47,098 nucleotides of DNA, from IMG/VR virus record IMGVR_UViG_3300037751_000128, positions 1 to 47,098 of that record; one strand, given 5' to 3'. Both the position numbers and the translations under genes were made by a program. This DNA is from a virus (taxonomy: Duplodnaviria; Caudoviricetes). Each line of letters starts with the position of its first letter. The stretch's first letter is position 1. The notes under the pieces are model-generated. The model saw nothing but the letters and a program-made list of their open reading frames with translations, ran no database searches and was not told the origin of the DNA. This document shows positions 16,383 through 24,144 of the stretch, one piece after another.

Positions 16383-16820
16383 ATGAAAAGCATCCACGTT
16401 CGCCTGTCTGAGCACGGCGCGCACGCCGCACTTCGCATGTTCGCTAAACGGCGCGGTATGACGCTTGCGAACGCCGCCGCCCACTTAGTGGAAGAGTTTA
16501 TCTTCGGACGCGATTATGTTGCAGCAACCGCGCCGAAACCACACAAACAGGAAGCTTGTGCTGGGCAAATCTACGTCATCAGAGCCGGTCATTACTACAA
16601 GATAGGCAAAGCCAAGAACGCAAAAGAGCGCGTTCGTAGGCTCCGGCTTCCTTTCAAAGAAAAGATCGTCTTGATTGCTGATGTCGCTGACCGACACGCG
16701 ACAGAGCGTGCATTGCACAAGCAATTCGCTCACAAAAGGGTAAACGGGGAGTGGTTCCGCCTATCAAATTCAGATGTCAGCGGGATTAGCGGGGATTTGG
16801 AGGGATTGAAAGGAAAATGA
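16383..16820 (+). CDS. RHH + GIY-YIG (T5orf172/MUG113-like) protein
   Basis: IYVI...YKIGKA...ERALHKQFAHKRVNGEWF motif. Confidence 0.8.
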   Translation: MKSIHVRLSEHGAHAALRMFAKRRGMTLANAAAHLVEEFIFGRDYVAATAPKPHKQEACAGQIYVIRAGHYYKIGKAKNAKERVRRLRLPFKEKIVLIADVADRHATERALHKQFAHKRVNGEWFRLSNSDVSGISGDLEGLKGK

Positions 16821-16996
16821 TGAGCCCCAAAGCCCTAGCCGAGCGACGGCCTCATTGGTATCTGATTTGCCGCGAGGAGTGCGCGATATGCGGATGCGGA
16901 GATGAATACCGCGTAAGAATGTTCACGCCTAAGCCTCAAGATCCGCTGAAGCGCCATAAATTTCACCAGTACGCCTGTAATGACCACTTCCTTTAA
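16817..16996 (+). CDS. Small Cys/His protein (59 aa) sharing its N-terminus with Xis
   Basis: MMSPKALAERRPHWYLICREECAICG...; ATGA-coupled; below cutoff. Confidence 0.5.
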   Translation: MMSPKALAERRPHWYLICREECAICGCGDEYRVRMFTPKPQDPLKRHKFHQYACNDHFL

Positions 16997-17000
16997 GCCG

Positions 17001-17318
17001 ATGCTCAGCCCCAAAGCCCTGGCCGCGAAGCTAAACACGTCCCTGCGTTCGGTCTACCGGATGATCCAGGACGGACTCCCCTACTACCAAATTCCGGGAG
17101 GGATTAAAGTCTCAGAGTCCGACTTGCAGGACTACCTACAGCGGAGGAAGAAATGTCTGTCTGGCGAGACAAGAAAGGCCGGTATCACGTATCCGTCCAG
17201 CGAGGGGGAAAGCGCGTTCATCGAATATGCCCGGAGTCGGCGACGTGGCGGGACGCGAAACGGCGCGAAGCGGAAGTCATCTCAAGTTTTGACTCTATCC
17301 AATCGGGAAAGGTTCTGA
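17001..17318 (+). CDS. xis: Excisionase/AlpA-like HTH
   Basis: MLSPKALAAKLNTSLRSVYRMIQDGLP; C-terminus overlaps the integrase start. Confidence 0.7.
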   Translation: MLSPKALAAKLNTSLRSVYRMIQDGLPYYQIPGGIKVSESDLQDYLQRRKKCLSGETRKAGITYPSSEGESAFIEYARSRRRGGTRNGAKRKSSQVLTLSNRERF

Positions 17319-18088
17319 TAGCCGATGCCATCCAGCACTGGCTCAACACCGAGGTTGCCTACCAGCTCGCCAGGAAGACGACAACCGGAAATGCGTTCGC
17401 GCTCACCGAGTGGATCAAGGGTAAGACGCTCAACGAGAGCGTTGCGGTAGCGAATGCGTACAAGAATGAAAATAGAGGACGGCTCACAAACTCCACCATC
17501 AACCGCCGGCTTGCGGTGCTTCGCAGGGTTGCCAACCTCGCCTATCGGCGTTGGGGTTGGTTATCGGAGCACGTCGCAGAGAAGATCGAGCTACTACCGG
17601 AAAACCCCGCCAGGGAATCCTTCCTCAACCGCAACGAGCTGGCGAAGCTTCTCAAAGCCATCCCCGACAGGACGATCAGGAGGGTGGTGCTGGTGGCTGC
17701 ATTTACTGGACTTAGAAGGGGCGAGATCGTGGGGCTGAGGCCGATCAACGTCCAGGAGGACATCATCATGCTAAAGACCTCCAAGAATGGCCGGCCTCGC
17801 AGCGTCCCGGTTGTGCACCATGTTGCGTTCGCGTTAAAGCGCCTCCCGTTCGGGGCTGCGCCGGAAGCCTTGTCTTTGGCGGTGCACAAGGCAATGCCCA
17901 ACTTCAGATTTCACGACCTCAGGCACACAGCAGCATCATTCCTCGTGCAAGCCGGGGTGGATATCTACAGGGTAGGGGCGATCCTGGGGCACTCGAACAC
18001 GCAGACCACAAAGAGATACGCCCACCTTGGGGTGGACACCCTGAGGCTGGCAATTGCGACCCTGGGACGCAAGAAAAGGGTGGCATAA
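17153..18088 (+). CDS. int: Tyrosine integrase
   Basis: TGLRRGE, KNG, HDLRHT, LGH and RYAH catalytic motifs. Confidence 0.95.
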   Translation: MSVWRDKKGRYHVSVQRGGKRVHRICPESATWRDAKRREAEVISSFDSIQSGKVLIADAIQHWLNTEVAYQLARKTTTGNAFALTEWIKGKTLNESVAVANAYKNENRGRLTNSTINRRLAVLRRVANLAYRRWGWLSEHVAEKIELLPENPARESFLNRNELAKLLKAIPDRTIRRVVLVAAFTGLRRGEIVGLRPINVQEDIIMLKTSKNGRPRSVPVVHHVAFALKRLPFGAAPEALSLAVHKAMPNFRFHDLRHTAASFLVQAGVDIYRVGAILGHSNTQTTKRYAHLGVDTLRLAIATLGRKKRVA

Positions 18089-18250
18089 GTGCACAGAGGC
18101 TGCACCAAAAATGCGCTGACGCCCCGCAACTCAGGGGATCGTTGAGAAGTTTTGGCAACCACGTAAGAACAGGAGCTTATAGCTAAACAGCTCGGCAGGA
18201 AAGGCGCAAATGGACGCGGCCTGCCGGGATTTGCACCAGGAAACGCACAG
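18089..18250. other. Candidate attP region
   Basis: Non-coding gap after int with paired arm-like repeats (GCACAG 18091/18245; TGCACCA 18101/18232) flanking a central segment. Confidence 0.5.
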
Positions 18251-18284
18251 GGTTTAGGCCGGTAAGGCCAGAAGGGATTAGCTG

Positions 18285-18545
18285 GTGAGCAACGACAAAT
18301 CCTCCTCAGGCGAGAAATCTCCTGGGGGGGTAGGGGGGGAGATGGGAGGGAGGGGGGGAAATATCCCCCAGCAGGAGCACTTGTTCTACAACACGGAACC
18401 ACTCTGGGAAATATTGAAGGTGGAAAAAAAAGAACTGTGGAACGAGCAAGCAAAGATGTTTATGTCTCTTGTTACTTACATTCATACGCGCCCGCTGAAT
18501 TGGCGAGAGCCTGAATCGAGCGATAAGTTGCCTTGGGAGGATTGA
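18285..18545 (+). CDS. Hypothetical replication-region protein
   Basis: Track ORF containing long G tracts. Confidence 0.45.
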   Translation: MSNDKSSSGEKSPGGVGGEMGGRGGNIPQQEHLFYNTEPLWEILKVEKKELWNEQAKMFMSLVTYIHTRPLNWREPESSDKLPWED

Positions 18546-18551
18546 TGGGAG

Positions 18552-19013
18552 ATGGAGGATAAATGGGCAAAGCTAGAAGAGATAGTAAGGAGGGTCGTGA
18601 GAGAAGAACTTGCTGGATTTGGAAAGAAACCAAAGCTCGGATTTGAAAATGGCCGCTGGACTAATTTGACGAAAGAGCAGATGGAAGCGTGGAAGGAAGC
18701 TTACGGGGCTGTGGATATCGAGACTGAGCTTAAGAGAGCTGCGGCCTGGATTGTGAGCAATCCAAATTTAGCGCCGAAGTCTCAACATGGCCGATTTCTC
18801 AATACATGGCTCTCACGTCAGCAGAACCAAAGCTCCATTAGATCCATTCCTGCCAAGCAAGAACAGCCGAAGAAGCTATGCGCTTATTGCGACCAAGTAG
18901 CGACCGGCTCGGCAAACGGAATATGTCACTGCCGGGCGCATACGGTGGATGCGATGGATGAGAGACCGAGAGCAAACGCCAAGTGCAACGTCGTTGGTAA
19001 GAGTGGAGCATGA
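18552..19013 (+). CDS. Replication initiator-like protein (DnaT/O C-terminal-like) with Zn finger
   Basis: AYGAVDIETELKRAAAW...RFLNTWLSR; CAYC...CRAH. Confidence 0.55.
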   Translation: MEDKWAKLEEIVRRVVREELAGFGKKPKLGFENGRWTNLTKEQMEAWKEAYGAVDIETELKRAAAWIVSNPNLAPKSQHGRFLNTWLSRQQNQSSIRSIPAKQEQPKKLCAYCDQVATGSANGICHCRAHTVDAMDERPRANAKCNVVGKSGA

Positions 19014-19715
19014 GAGTTTTGATCGCCTGCGAATTTTCTGGAGTGGTACGGCGAGCCTTCAGGAGCGTTGGGCATGAAGCTTGGTCGTGCGACCTATTGC
19101 CTTCAGAGGATATGGCGCGCGCCCATCACATCGAAGGGGACGTGCTGAAGGTGCTGGACCGTGGATGGGACCTGATGATCGCGCACCCTCCATGCACTCA
19201 CTTGGCGACTTCCGGGGCGCGGTGGTTTCCGCGCAAGGTCAAGGAGCAGGAGGAAGCCTTGGCGTTCGTCAGGGACCTTCTGGACGCGCCCATACCGCGC
19301 ATTTGCCTGGAGAACCCGCGCAGCGTGATTTCAACGCGCATACGGCCAAAGGATCAGGTCATTCGCCCTTTCCAGTTTGGCGAGCGTGAAGTCCGGCAGA
19401 CCTGGCTGTGGCTGAAGGGCCTTCCAAAACTGGAGCCCACCGAGAACCTTGAAGTCCCTGAGTACGGGTCTTCCGAATGGAAGAGTTGGAACCGTATCCA
19501 CCGCCACCATGCGCCGGGGCCAAACCGCTGGAAGGAACGCAGTCGCACACTTCCAGGGATCGCAGCGGCAATGGCGGAACAGTGGGGAGCATAAGTTAAA
19601 GGAAGAACATGGAATTCGAGAGAACTGATGCGGTACGCAAACGGTACAAGCCTGCTCGCCTCGGCAAACGGAATATGTCACTGCCGGGCGCATACGGTGG
19701 ATGCGATGGATGAGA
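18908..19715. repeat. 56-bp exact direct repeat (18908-18963 and 19660-19715) flanking the methylase
   Basis: Read directly from the sequence. Confidence 0.95.
19010..19594 (+). CDS. Short phage C5-cytosine DNA methyltransferase-like protein
   Basis: VLIACEFSG (motif I variant), AHPPC (motif IV), LENP (motif VI). Confidence 0.8.
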   Translation: MRVLIACEFSGVVRRAFRSVGHEAWSCDLLPSEDMARAHHIEGDVLKVLDRGWDLMIAHPPCTHLATSGARWFPRKVKEQEEALAFVRDLLDAPIPRICLENPRSVISTRIRPKDQVIRPFQFGEREVRQTWLWLKGLPKLEPTENLEVPEYGSSEWKSWNRIHRHHAPGPNRWKERSRTLPGIAAAMAEQWGA

Positions 19716-19757
19716 AAACACCGATGAAGAAAACTGGAACTTAACAAGGAGTAAATC

Positions 19758-19967
19758 ATGGCTCCACGCTTGTCGGTAATTGGGCGCTTGTTCCAAGCTC
19801 GTATGTGGCGCGAGTACGCGCTGGCGTGGGACGGGAAAAAGACTGCTACCGGCGTAGGACGCTCATGGGTCGCGCACATTTTGCGCATACCTCGCAGCGG
19901 ATGCCTGCGTCGCGCGCGAATCAACGTGTACCTCGCCCGCCGACTAAACCGGAGGCCAGCACGATGA
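19758..19967 (+). CDS. Hypothetical protein
   Basis: AAGGAG RBS. Confidence 0.45.
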   Translation: MAPRLSVIGRLFQARMWREYALAWDGKKTATGVGRSWVAHILRIPRSGCLRRARINVYLARRLNRRPAR

Positions 19968-20170
19968 CGACAGACCGCCTGCAACTGTGCATAGAGAGCG
20001 TGAACGCGCGGCTGGAGTCCATCACCACAGCTCTACGCCGCGAGGTCATCTTCGCGGAGGACATGAAGATGCCGCATGTCGTGGTCGAGCGCGCCGAAGC
20101 ATTGGTAGAGTCGGCGCAACTGCTGCTCGCGGTCGCCATGGAGCGGGACAAGGCTCGCAAAGGAGGCTGA
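19964..20170 (+). CDS. Hypothetical protein
   Basis: GGAGG RBS, ATGA coupling. Confidence 0.55.
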   Translation: MTTDRLQLCIESVNARLESITTALRREVIFAEDMKMPHVVVERAEALVESAQLLLAVAMERDKARKGG

Positions 20171-20171
20171 T

Positions 20172-20399
20172 ATGGCCGGATCCCCACAATATAAGGTCTA
20201 TCGAGGCAAAGAGTACGTTGCCAGCGTAAAACACCTGGAGGATGCGGCGGCACTCTGCGCCATATCACCAACTGGGACCACGGTTCGGTTAGGGCATTCG
20301 ACGGTCCTTTGGACCGAGGGAGCAGAGGAACTCCTAGCCGGGGAAAGTCACTACCGCGCTGCAGAGATCATGCGCGGTCGCGAAAATGCCCTTCCTTGA
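20172..20399 (+). CDS. Hypothetical protein
   Basis: AGGAGG RBS. Confidence 0.6.
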   Translation: MAGSPQYKVYRGKEYVASVKHLEDAAALCAISPTGTTVRLGHSTVLWTEGAEELLAGESHYRAAEIMRGRENALP

Positions 20400-20680
20400 G
20401 CGTGTGCGCCATAAGATCAACCCACTAAATCAGTGAAAACTAAATGGCCCTGCGACTGGAACCGCCCGTTAAGTAGAGAGGAGCGAGAGATTGCGAAAAG
20501 GCTCGACAGGGCCCCCGAGGGAGCGAGTTGGCGAGTGGGTGAGGTACTACAAAGCGAGCCCTCTGAAGTACGAAATGAACGCGCTTCTGGCGGTGCTGGA
20601 GAGCGACGGAGAGCAGATGTTGCGAGCGGTCCTAAACGAACTTGGTTTGATGTCGAGTGTTGACTTGGTGAAAGACGCCC

Positions 20681-21052
20681 TTGCTTCCGGCAATCATATT
20701 CCGTGACGAGCAGACAAAGGAGAGGGCAATTGCGCGCATCAAAGCTATCAGGCCGGACCAGGAAAACCCGCTCGCGATCTGGATCGGGCCGTACAAGAAA
20801 ATCAGGAGCCTCGAGCAAAACGCGCTCTACTGGAGCCTCATATCTCGGGTGGTTGATTGTACAGGACACCAACGGTACGTTTTGCATTCCTATTTCAAGC
20901 GGCGAGCTTTCGGTGTTTTATGCGAATCCATTTGCGGAGAAGTGGTTGAGGTTGTCCCATCTTCAGCAAAAGCGAGTCGCGGCGACTTTAGCGAGCTTAT
21001 CGAGCACGTACAAGCGTTTATTGCCGAGCACGGGATAGAGGAATCAGCCTGA
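20681..21052 (+). CDS. ninB: NinB-like recombination protein
   Basis: RSLEQNALYW motif and FSELIEHVQAF..EHG C-terminus. Confidence 0.75.
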   Translation: MLPAIIFRDEQTKERAIARIKAIRPDQENPLAIWIGPYKKIRSLEQNALYWSLISRVVDCTGHQRYVLHSYFKRRAFGVLCESICGEVVEVVPSSAKASRGDFSELIEHVQAFIAEHGIEESA

Positions 21053-21384
21053 AACGGTCGAGTTTAGAAACCCTCTTTGACCTTCACCTAAAGGCATCAG
21101 GACTAAGGCTCGAAAGGGAGTACAGATTTCACCCCACGAGGAAATGGAGACTGGACTATGCAGACCCCAAAAGAAAACTCGGGGTCGAGCTTGAGGGCGG
21201 GATATGGACAGGGGGCCGGCACACGCGCGGCTCTGGCTTCGAGAAAGACGCCGAAAAGTACAACGCCCTTGCCTGCCTCGGCTGGAGACTGCTCAGGTTC
21301 ACGCCTTCGATGGTCAAGTCTGGGGAAGCTTTGGTCATTCTTGAAAATGCGTTAGGCAATGACTCCCCTACAAGCAGCATTTAG
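21049..21384 (+). CDS. PD-(D/E)XK endonuclease (DUF559/Vsr-like), CTG start
   Basis: EYRFHPTRKWRLDYA...VELEGGIW.GGRHTRG.GFEKD.EKYN...GWRLLRF; absent from the track because the frame starts at CTG overlapping the ninB stop. Confidence 0.8.
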   Translation: MKRSSLETLFDLHLKASGLRLEREYRFHPTRKWRLDYADPKRKLGVELEGGIWTGGRHTRGSGFEKDAEKYNALACLGWRLLRFTPSMVKSGEALVILENALGNDSPTSSI

Positions 21385-21492
21385 CTTACTAGAGCGCTCC
21401 AAGAAACAGGGGCGTGTAAAGGTGCATGAGAAACAGCCACCCCAAACAAGGGGCAACAAGAGCGGGAAGAAGAGGGACAAATGGAGCCAGAA

Positions 21493-21651
21493 ATGACGGA
21501 CGAAGAAAAGAAGCAAAAGAGACATGAAGCGTGGAAGCGCTGGTATGAGGGTCCCAAGGGCTTGGCCTACAGACAGAGGCTTAAGCTTGAGCGGGCTGGT
21601 ATAACTCAGGAGCAAGAGCCTGATCCTGCCCACAACCCGGACGCAGAGTGA
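21493..21651 (+). CDS. Hypothetical protein (52 aa)
   Basis: GGAG RBS; GTGA coupling to the next gene. Confidence 0.45.
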   Translation: MTDEEKKQKRHEAWKRWYEGPKGLAYRQRLKLERAGITQEQEPDPAHNPDAE

Positions 21652-22055
21652 AAAGGCAGGACCTCTGCCCTCCCGAGCTGGACGAGCTGCTAAATGAGTG
21701 GAGTCGTTATTTTAAGGACCGCCACAAGTGGGAGCGAGCTAAATCCCTGGAAGGCCAGTTTAATGCCTTTTCTCCGGGCGCCTGGGACACGGGCTGGGGA
21801 GACAAGGGGGAGATACCCCCAGACCCTTTAAAACCGCCTGTAGAGCTTCGTAGGGTGCTTAAAACGCATCAGGCTGTACAGGAGTTGGAGAAGCGCTATA
21901 AATGGTCAATCACCTTGAGCTATTGCTATCCTTCGCTAAACCGCTGGCGAGTGCTGAAGCTGATGAAGAAGTACACCGGCCGGCGGTTTAGCTGGAACGG
22001 GTATTTAGATTTGCTGGAGATTGCGAGGGTAAGGGTATGGGCGAGGGTTCGATGA
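21648..22055 (+). CDS. Q-like late antiterminator/sigma-region-4-like regulator
   Basis: LDELLNEWSRY N-terminus; position just upstream of a consensus promoter that precedes the late genes. Confidence 0.5.
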   Translation: MKRQDLCPPELDELLNEWSRYFKDRHKWERAKSLEGQFNAFSPGAWDTGWGDKGEIPPDPLKPPVELRRVLKTHQAVQELEKRYKWSITLSYCYPSLNRWRVLKLMKKYTGRRFSWNGYLDLLEIARVRVWARVR

Positions 22056-22077
22056 CCTTTACGGGTAAGGACAGGAT

Positions 22078-22266
22078 ATGAAGACATTTCGCAAATGGCT
22101 CGCCAACACACTAGCGCGCTGGGCTCGGCGCATTTACCCGCAGAGCGAGGAAGTGATGGCCTTCTGGGCGGATCGAATGACGGAGCTGGTTATCACCGGC
22201 CAGTCCACCATCAAGATTGAGTATGTTCCGCTAAGCAAGCAGCTAGACGCGGACACAACCCCTTGA
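22078..22266 (+). CDS. Hypothetical protein
   Basis: Track ORF with RBS. Confidence 0.5.
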   Translation: MKTFRKWLANTLARWARRIYPQSEEVMAFWADRMTELVITGQSTIKIEYVPLSKQLDADTTP

Positions 22267-22290
22267 CATGGCAGGAACTATCTGTACTAT
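22263..22290 (+). promoter_or_regulatory. Late promoter (pR'-like)
   Basis: TTGACA-16-TACTAT followed by a hairpin-rich leader at ~22302-22385. Confidence 0.7.
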
Positions 22291-22390
22291 ATCTAGTCTG
22301 TAAGCCAATTCGAGTAGTTATCGGCCTCGGCCGGTTCGACTAAATAGTCGGCTTCCTATTCTCTGTTCTCCCCCGAACAGAAGAAGCTAA

Positions 22391-22462
22391 CGCGGGGATT
22401 GTGTTGGTTCAAAGCCAGGTCTCATAAGCCTGGTAACGCGCGTTCGATTCGCGCCCCCGCTA
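22391..22462 (+). tRNA. Atypical tRNA with CAT anticodon (initiator-like acceptor, degenerate D arm, no CCA)
   Basis: CGCGGGG/CCCCGCT acceptor with unpaired 1:72; CAGGT-CTCATAA-GCCTG; GCGCG-TTCGATT-CGCGC. Confidence 0.7.
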
Positions 22463-22554
22463 CCCAATCTTCAACCCACATGCCCCGGCTGGAGCACAGT
22501 CCTAATAACCTATTTCCTAACGACTGGTTTGCGTCCTAGACCCGGGGCATTCCC

Positions 22555-22782
22555 ATGCTGAACGACAACGAGATCGCCCAATACTCGGTCTTAGCCACCA
22601 AAGCCGCTAGGAAGCTGAACGAGACCATAGCCAAAGGCTCACCAGATGAGCTAATCACTCTGGCTGCTGATCTTGAGTTCTTTGCGAGGAAACTAGGATG
22701 GAGAGCGCGAGATCTGAAGTATGGACATGCGCTAAGTGCGGAGAAGTCTGCAAATGGGGCACAAGCTACGGGGACTACATAG
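22555..22782 (+). CDS. Hypothetical protein
   Basis: Track ORF at the start of the late operon. Confidence 0.45.
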   Translation: MLNDNEIAQYSVLATKAARKLNETIAKGSPDELITLAADLEFFARKLGWRARDLKYGHALSAEKSANGAQATGTT

Positions 22783-23009
22783 ACCTGGAGTGCAAATGCG
22801 GAGCGATAACCAAGCACTGGTTTACAAGCCCCCAGGAACCAAGTTCTGCTGCGGTGCAAGACACCCAAACCCCCAGTGCGAAGACTGCCCGATGAGGGAG
22901 TGGGACAAGCTGGCTCACCAGCAACTACCGGGAGGCAGGCAGAACTGGCGAACATCGTCGCCGCTGTCACAGCGGCGCCTGCCTCACCGTCCAAACTCAG
23001 GGAAAGCAG

Positions 23010-23501
23010 ATGACTGAACTAGCGGTGATAGACATAGAGCTGCCAACTCTCCCAGAACTCCCCGATGCCTGGCACGCCATCAAAGCCCTACCAGAGAAGC
23101 AAAGACTCGTGCTTCTGGACGCCATCCTAGACCACTACGAGAACGGCGCTTCCATCTACGCCATCGCCGAACAACTCGGCGTCCACAACGCCACTCTCTA
23201 CCGCAACCTCAAGAAGTACAGACTGGAAGACTGGAAAGAAATAGCAACCTCAAGGTATGAGTGCGAGATAGAAGAAGCCGAAAAAGAACTGAAAGAAGCC
23301 CCTGACAATAACGCAGTTACGCGCGCTCGGGAACGCATCGCATCAGCTCGCTGGAGGCTGGAGCGCCTGGATCGCCGCATCTACGGCCAAGAGCGCGAGG
23401 CTGGAAGTACTGAACGTATATCCATCAACCTCTACCTTGGTGCAGCTCAGACTGCACAGGACAGCACGCAAGTGGTTGATGGCACAGTGATTCGCGACTG
23501 A
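23010..23501 (+). CDS. terS: Terminase small subunit
   Basis: HTH (SIYAIAEQLGVHNATLYR), ARERIASARWRLERL...YG; upstream of terL. Confidence 0.75.
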   Translation: MTELAVIDIELPTLPELPDAWHAIKALPEKQRLVLLDAILDHYENGASIYAIAEQLGVHNATLYRNLKKYRLEDWKEIATSRYECEIEEAEKELKEAPDNNAVTRARERIASARWRLERLDRRIYGQEREAGSTERISINLYLGAAQTAQDSTQVVDGTVIRD

Positions 23502-23640
23502 TTAGAAATCCGTCGCTCAGGAAAAGCATGCTTGAGGGCTCCCTTTTCCGAGGGGGTGGGGAGGGGGTCCGAAAAGCACCGGGGAGGGGAGGGCGCCCGT
23601 AACCGTCCCTTGCCCTCCCACACATTTCCTAGGGTTTTAG

Positions 23641-24144
23641 ATGCCAGTCTGCTGTAAATGCCGGCTCGAGAAGCCGTCCGCCGAGTTCTACGCTGGCAGG
23701 ACCGAGTGCAAGCCCTGCAAGAAGGCTATTTCGTGGGCTTCCAAGAAAAAGCGCATGGAACGGGACTCTGCTTACAGGGAGGCCCGCAATGCGGAGATCA
23801 GCGAGTGGAAGCGTCTAAACCCTGAGAAGGTGAGGGCTTGGAAAGCGGCGTGGCGGCGCACTCCGGTTGCAAGGGTAGCTAGTCGCCTGAGGGAGCGTTT
23901 GGCGCGTCCGGTTGGGCGTGGTGTGGCGAGGCATTGCCGTGACTTGTTAGTGCGCCAGAAGTGGTTGTGTGCGGTTTGTGCTGGCGATTTAAGGGATGGC
24001 AAGCACCTTGACCACATTATCCCGATTGCCGCTGGTGGTGGGAGTGTGGCTGGGAATTTCCAGTGGTTATGCCAGCCATGTAATTTAGCCAAATCGGCGA
24101 GGAATCCCATTGAGTTCATGCAGTCGCGCGGGCTGCTGCTCTAG
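23641..24144 (+). CDS. HNH endonuclease
   Basis: CAVC...HLDHIIPIAAGG...N...LCQPCNLAK, plus N-terminal CxxC pairs. Confidence 0.9.
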   Translation: MPVCCKCRLEKPSAEFYAGRTECKPCKKAISWASKKKRMERDSAYREARNAEISEWKRLNPEKVRAWKAAWRRTPVARVASRLRERLARPVGRGVARHCRDLLVRQKWLCAVCAGDLRDGKHLDHIIPIAAGGGSVAGNFQWLCQPCNLAKSARNPIEFMQSRGLLL

